Shown here piece after piece: positions 59,701 through 64,000 of a DNA stretch of 64,000 nucleotides. The stretch lies in NCBI GenBank assembly GCA_004431415.1, contig QPMI01000039.1:1-64000 (forward strand), written 5' to 3'. Positions within the stretch are counted from its first letter, which is position 1, and each line of letters begins with the position of its first letter. The position numbers and the translations under genes are program-made. Origin of the DNA: Cyanophora paradoxa CCMP329. Its lineage: Eukaryota; Plantae; Glaucophyta. The notes below the pieces were generated by a model, which saw nothing but the letters and a program-made list of their open reading frames with translations, did no database searches and had not been told where the DNA came from.

Positions 59701-60689
59701 TGAACACGATACATTAGGCGGCGTCTAGCCCCGTCACCATCGGTTTTCGACCACTGCGGGCGCGGGATTCGCGGCGCGGGATCGGCAAGACAGCTACACG
59801 AGTGCTAGGGAATCGGCGCGCATAGGTCCTTTTTGCTAGCGGATCCCCGCTGCGCGCCCGCGCGCCAAGGTCCCGCGCGCCCGCTTGCGGAGGGGGGGAC
59901 AGCGATTCCGTCATGCAGTCCGCGCTGCTAGCGCTCTGGTCGCGTTATGCATGCGCGGTACAGCGCAACGATTGCGTTGTGTACCGCTTCGGGTCCTCCG
60001 CGCTGCCGCCGCCGCGCCAGCGCCGGTTTTGGGCTGCCCAAAACCGGGGGGACAGCGTTACGAGGCACCAGCTCCAGCCACACATCGCCCGGTGTGCGAA
60101 ACGCTCGAGCGCGTCGCACTCCCCAGGCGCCGCCGCTGTATCTGGCGCCTCCATCTGGCCCCGCTCGCCGCCGCAGTACACGCCGCACATCGCGGCACAT
60201 GTACAGCTACTGCTATAGGTCCGTGGCTCACTTTGCATCGTGCTCGGTTCGCTCACCGCGGGCGATCCGGCGCGGCGCATCTGGCGGTTCGTCGCCCTCG
60301 CGCCGCCGCCGCATGTCAATGCGATCCCGTGCGCGCTCCATCACGAGCCGAAAAGCCGGCGCTGAGGTCTGCACACGCCCGCGCCGCCCCCTGCGCCGAG
60401 CGCCGACCGCGGCCTGCCCGCGCTCATTTGCGCAGGGCGATCTCCGTTACCGCGCGTGCTCTGGGGCACCTCGCCGTCGACGCATGGGACTCAATGGCTG
60501 CTGGCGTCTTGCGCAGTCAGAGCCAGGATCGCCGACGAGCTGCAGCATGCCGCCCCCATGCCCTGCGCGCGCGCGCTTCGCCACAACCACGTATCCGCGG
60601 TGCGCGGGCCAGCCGCCTTTGCCCGCTCTTTGATATTCAATCGGAGGGTCTTTTTGAGCGTGGCGTCAGCCACGCTGGACGCCGCTCGC

Positions 60690-61864
60690 GCAGGGATCCC
60701 GCCCCCCGCCGCCCCGCCAACCACGTACCCCGGTACGAGGCCCGGCCCGCGCCCCCGGCCCTGGCTCTGCCGGGCGGGGCCTTAGTGCCGCGCCCGGTGG
60801 GCCGCCGAATCGCTTGGGAGACGGCGCTGAACGCTGCTCCCGCAGGGCCCCGCCCCACACCCCGGCTCTCCGTCGCCCCGCCAACCACGTACCCCGGTAC
60901 GAGGCCCGGCCCGCGCCCCCGGCCCTGGCTCTGCCGGGCGGGGCTCTAGTGCCGCGCCCGGAGGGCCGCCGAATCGCTTGGGAGGCGGCGCTGAACGCTG
61001 CTCCCGCAGGGACCCCGCCCCCGCCTCCCGCCCCCCGCCAACCACGTACCCCGGTACGAGGCCCGGCCCGCGCCCCGGCCCTGGTTCTGCCTGGCGGGGT
61101 CCTAGAACCGCGCCCAGACGGCCGCCGAATCGCTTGGGAGACGGCGCTGAACGCTGCTTCCGCAGGGCCCCCGCCCCCGCCTCCCGCCCCCCGCCAACCA
61201 CGTACCCCGGTGCGAGGCCCGGCCCGCGCCCCCGGCCCTGGCTCTGCCAGGCGGGGCCCTAGTACCGCGCCCAGACGGCCGCCAAATCGATTTGGAGGCG
61301 GCGCTGAACGCTGCTCCCGTAGGGCCCCCGCCCCACACCCCGGCTCTCCGTCGCCCCGCCAACCACGTACCCCGGTACGAGGCCCGGCCCGCGCCCCCGG
61401 CCCTGGCGATGCCTGGAGGGGCCCTAATATCGCGCCCGTAGGGCTGCCGAATCGCTTGGGAGGCGGCGCTGAACGCTGCTCCCGCAGGGCCCCCGCCCCC
61501 CGCCCCCCGCCCCCCCGCCAACCACGTACCCCGGTACGAGGCCCGGCCCGCGCCCCCGGCCCTGGCTCTGCCGGGCGGGGCCTTAGTGCCGCGCCCGGTG
61601 GGCCGCCGAATCGCTTGGGAGGCGGCGCTGAACGCTGCTCCCGCAGGGCCCCCGCCCCACACCCCGGCTCTCCGTCGCCCCGCCAACCACGTACCCCGGT
61701 ACGAGGCCCGGCCCCCGCCCCCGGCCCTGGCGCTGCCTGGCGGGGCCCTAGTAACGCGCCCGGAGGGCTGCCGAATCGCTTGGGAGGCGGCGCTGAACGC
61801 GGTTTCCGCAGGGACCCCGCCCCCCGCCCTGGTTTGGGCGCCCCCAAAACCGGGACTGACGCTG
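60690..61864 (+). repeat. GC-rich minisatellite, 7 units of 156-165 bp, ending in a hairpin
   Basis: CCAACCACGTACCCCGGT at 60717, 60881, 61038, 61194, 61359, 61518, 61683. Terminal GGTTTGGG-CGCC-CCCAAAACC at ~61831-61851. Confidence 0.93.
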
Positions 61865-62574
61865 CACGTGTGCGTGTGAGAACATAAATTGTAGTGGTCC
61901 GACGGTCGCGCTAGCACTACGGTCGGTAAATTGAATCTCGCCGAGTCGAGCTCGCCGTCGAAGTAACCAATATCGATGATCCAGGGCCCGCACGTCTTAA
62001 ATGTCAGTAGGGCCTGGCATGCGCGGGCCCCGGGCTGTCGACTCGCCGAGTCGGCGAGTTAATAATTCCTAGGTACACGCCGTGACGTGATCTTCACGCG
62101 AGTCATGATCATGATCATGATCAGTGAAAGAGCTGCCAGGCTGTACAGCCATGGCCAGCGCCTGTACAGCTGTACGTACACTGCTGCCCAGCTCATGATC
62201 AGCGGCTGATCATGATCATGACAGCTCATGATTAGCTGTACATGTTTTCAGATTTTCAAGCCTGATATCGATCATGAAGCTCACTTCAAGGCTTCAGCTG
62301 TTTCGAATTCAAGTTTTACATCATGATCAAGAACACGCGTACGTGCACTGCGGCACTAGCTATAGCTATAGTTCTCAGAGTCTGACCATTCAATGATTCA
62401 AGTGATTAATATATTGATCCGATGATGGATATCCCGGAGAGTCCGATTCAATGATTATAATCCGATGATCATGATCATGATGAAATTATTCAATGATATA
62501 TAATTAATACAATATCATGCATGCGCTATTTGGGTATTTCCCGGCATTGCAATTGCTTAAAATCGCCGCGGTAT

Positions 62575-62817
62575 TTTGCGGCATCTCGCGCCAATCGAAT
62601 GATTCGCGGCTCTTCGCGGCATCTCGCGGCAACTCGCGGCATTCCGCGGCATCCCGCGGCATCCCGCGGCATCCCGCGGCATCCCGCGGCATCCCGCGGC
62701 ATCCCGCGGCAACTTGCGGTTTCCGCGAGAAATCGCGGCAATCCAATTATCCGCGATTTATCGCGGCAACTCGCGGCAACTCAGAACTCGCGGCAAGTTG
62801 CGGCAATCATTGAATAG
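62575..62817. repeat. 10-bp microsatellite (ATCCCGCGGC)n with degenerate CGCGGCA flanks
   Basis: Six perfect copies at 62651-62710 plus about 10 degenerate copies. Confidence 0.9.
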
Positions 62818-63367
62818 GCGGCATTGAGGGATCAACGGCAGGCGTTTCATGTTCACTGAGTGAGTGATCATGATCCTGATCATGATCATGAGTAAATGAT
62901 CATGATACAAAAAATCAGCCGCCGGGCCGCTGAGCGCAGCGTTGAAGCGTTGAAGTTTGAAGCTTTAAAGCTTATTTATCACGCACTGCGGCAGTTCAAG
63001 ATCAATCAATCATTGAATATTACAAGATATCGATAATCAGATGATGATCAAGATCTAAAGCCCGCGCCGAACCCCATGGCCAGGCCTAGGCCCGGCCGCG
63101 GGCCCCTTAAGCTTGCAAGTATGTCGACATCCGACAAGTAAGCTTGCACTCATCCTTGCAATACATAGCCATCCTTGCAAGTATCATAGTATGTCAACAT
63201 ACTAGGTCGAGAGCTTGGTACAAATTAAAACCTCAATAAACATGTCGCAGTGCCACGCTTCCTGTCGCAGTTCTCGACTAATGGCTATGAAAGGCCGCTG
63301 CAGGCCGCTGCCACGCAGTGCCACGATGGCTATGAAAGGCCGCTGCATGCGCTCCGCGCGCCCGTCA

Positions 63368-64000
63368 CAGCGTCAGCCCCCGGTTTTGGGGGCGCCCAAA
63401 CCAGGGCGGGGGGCGGGGTCCCTGCGGAAACCGCGTTCAGCGCCGCCTCCCAAGCGATTCGGCAGCCCTCCAGGGGGCCGTGGTTGGCGGGGGGGCGGGG
63501 AGGCGGGGGGCGGGGGCCCTGCGGAAGCAGCGTTAGCGCCGTCTCCCAAGCGATTTGGCGGCCGTCTGGGCGCGATACTAGGGCCTCGCCCGGCAGAGCC
63601 AGGGCCGGGGGCGCGGGCCGGGCCTCGTACCGGGGTACGTGGTTGGCGGGGGGGCGGGGGGCGGGGGGCGGGGGCCCTGCGGGAGCAGCGTTCAGCGCCG
63701 CCTCCCAAGCGATTCGGCAGCCCTACGGGCGCGATATTAGGGCCCCTCCAGGCATCGCCAGGGCCGGGGCGCGGGCCGGGCCTCGTACCGGGTACGTGGT
63801 TGGCGGGGCGACGGAGAGCCGGGGTGTGGGGCGGGGGCCCTACGGGAGCAGCGTTCAGCGCCGCCTCCAAATCGATTTGGCGGCCGTCTGGGCGCGGTAC
63901 TAGGGCCCCGCCTGGCAGAGCCAGGGCCGGGGGCGCGGGCCGGGCCTCGCACCGGGGTACGTGGTTGGCGGGGGGGCGGGGAGGCGGGGGGCGGGGGCCC
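63368..64000 (-). repeat. Inverted copy of the ~160-bp minisatellite array (at least 4 units, runs off the window)
   Basis: 63368 onward is the reverse complement of 61864 backward, including the hairpin. GTACGTGGTTGG recurs at ~63636, 63792 and 63957. Confidence 0.92.

Noticed and set aside
60690-61830. CRISPR-like repeat-spacer array
   Set aside because: The variable segments are homologous diverged copies, not unique spacers. The period is ~160 bp, the context is eukaryotic, and there are no cas genes.

Overview
Eukaryotic, very GC-rich, intron-dense DNA (short GT/GC...AG introns with C-rich sense strands) from a microbial eukaryote. It is reminiscent of GC-rich algae such as glaucophytes, but the organism cannot be established from the window. 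(1) <1-33429, minus strand: a giant Ala/Glu/Arg coiled-coil gene whose last visible exon is >27 kb and holds ~34 tandem copies of a 777-bp unit (259 aa = 37 heptads); it runs off the window start. (2) ~33.7/34.1-35.9 kb, plus strand: a mitochondrial-carrier (SLC25, SAM-carrier-like) gene, head-to-head with the giant gene. (3) ~36.9-55.35 kb, minus strand: a many-exon TmcB/TmcC-like multi-pass membrane/TPR gene, apparently lacking a PAS domain. One of its introns carries a 6.1-kb non-coding array of four LTRs with PBS, PPT and a single 4-bp TSD. (4) 55.5-64 kb: repeat/TE-rich DNA containing a small TATA-driven gene (Cys/Gly-rich core plus acidic tail), probable DNA-transposon remnants, and two ~160-bp minisatellite arrays arranged as a large inverted repeat with terminal hairpins. 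Most ORFs in the supplied track are shadow frames caused by the high GC content. All exon boundaries were read by eye and are approximate.
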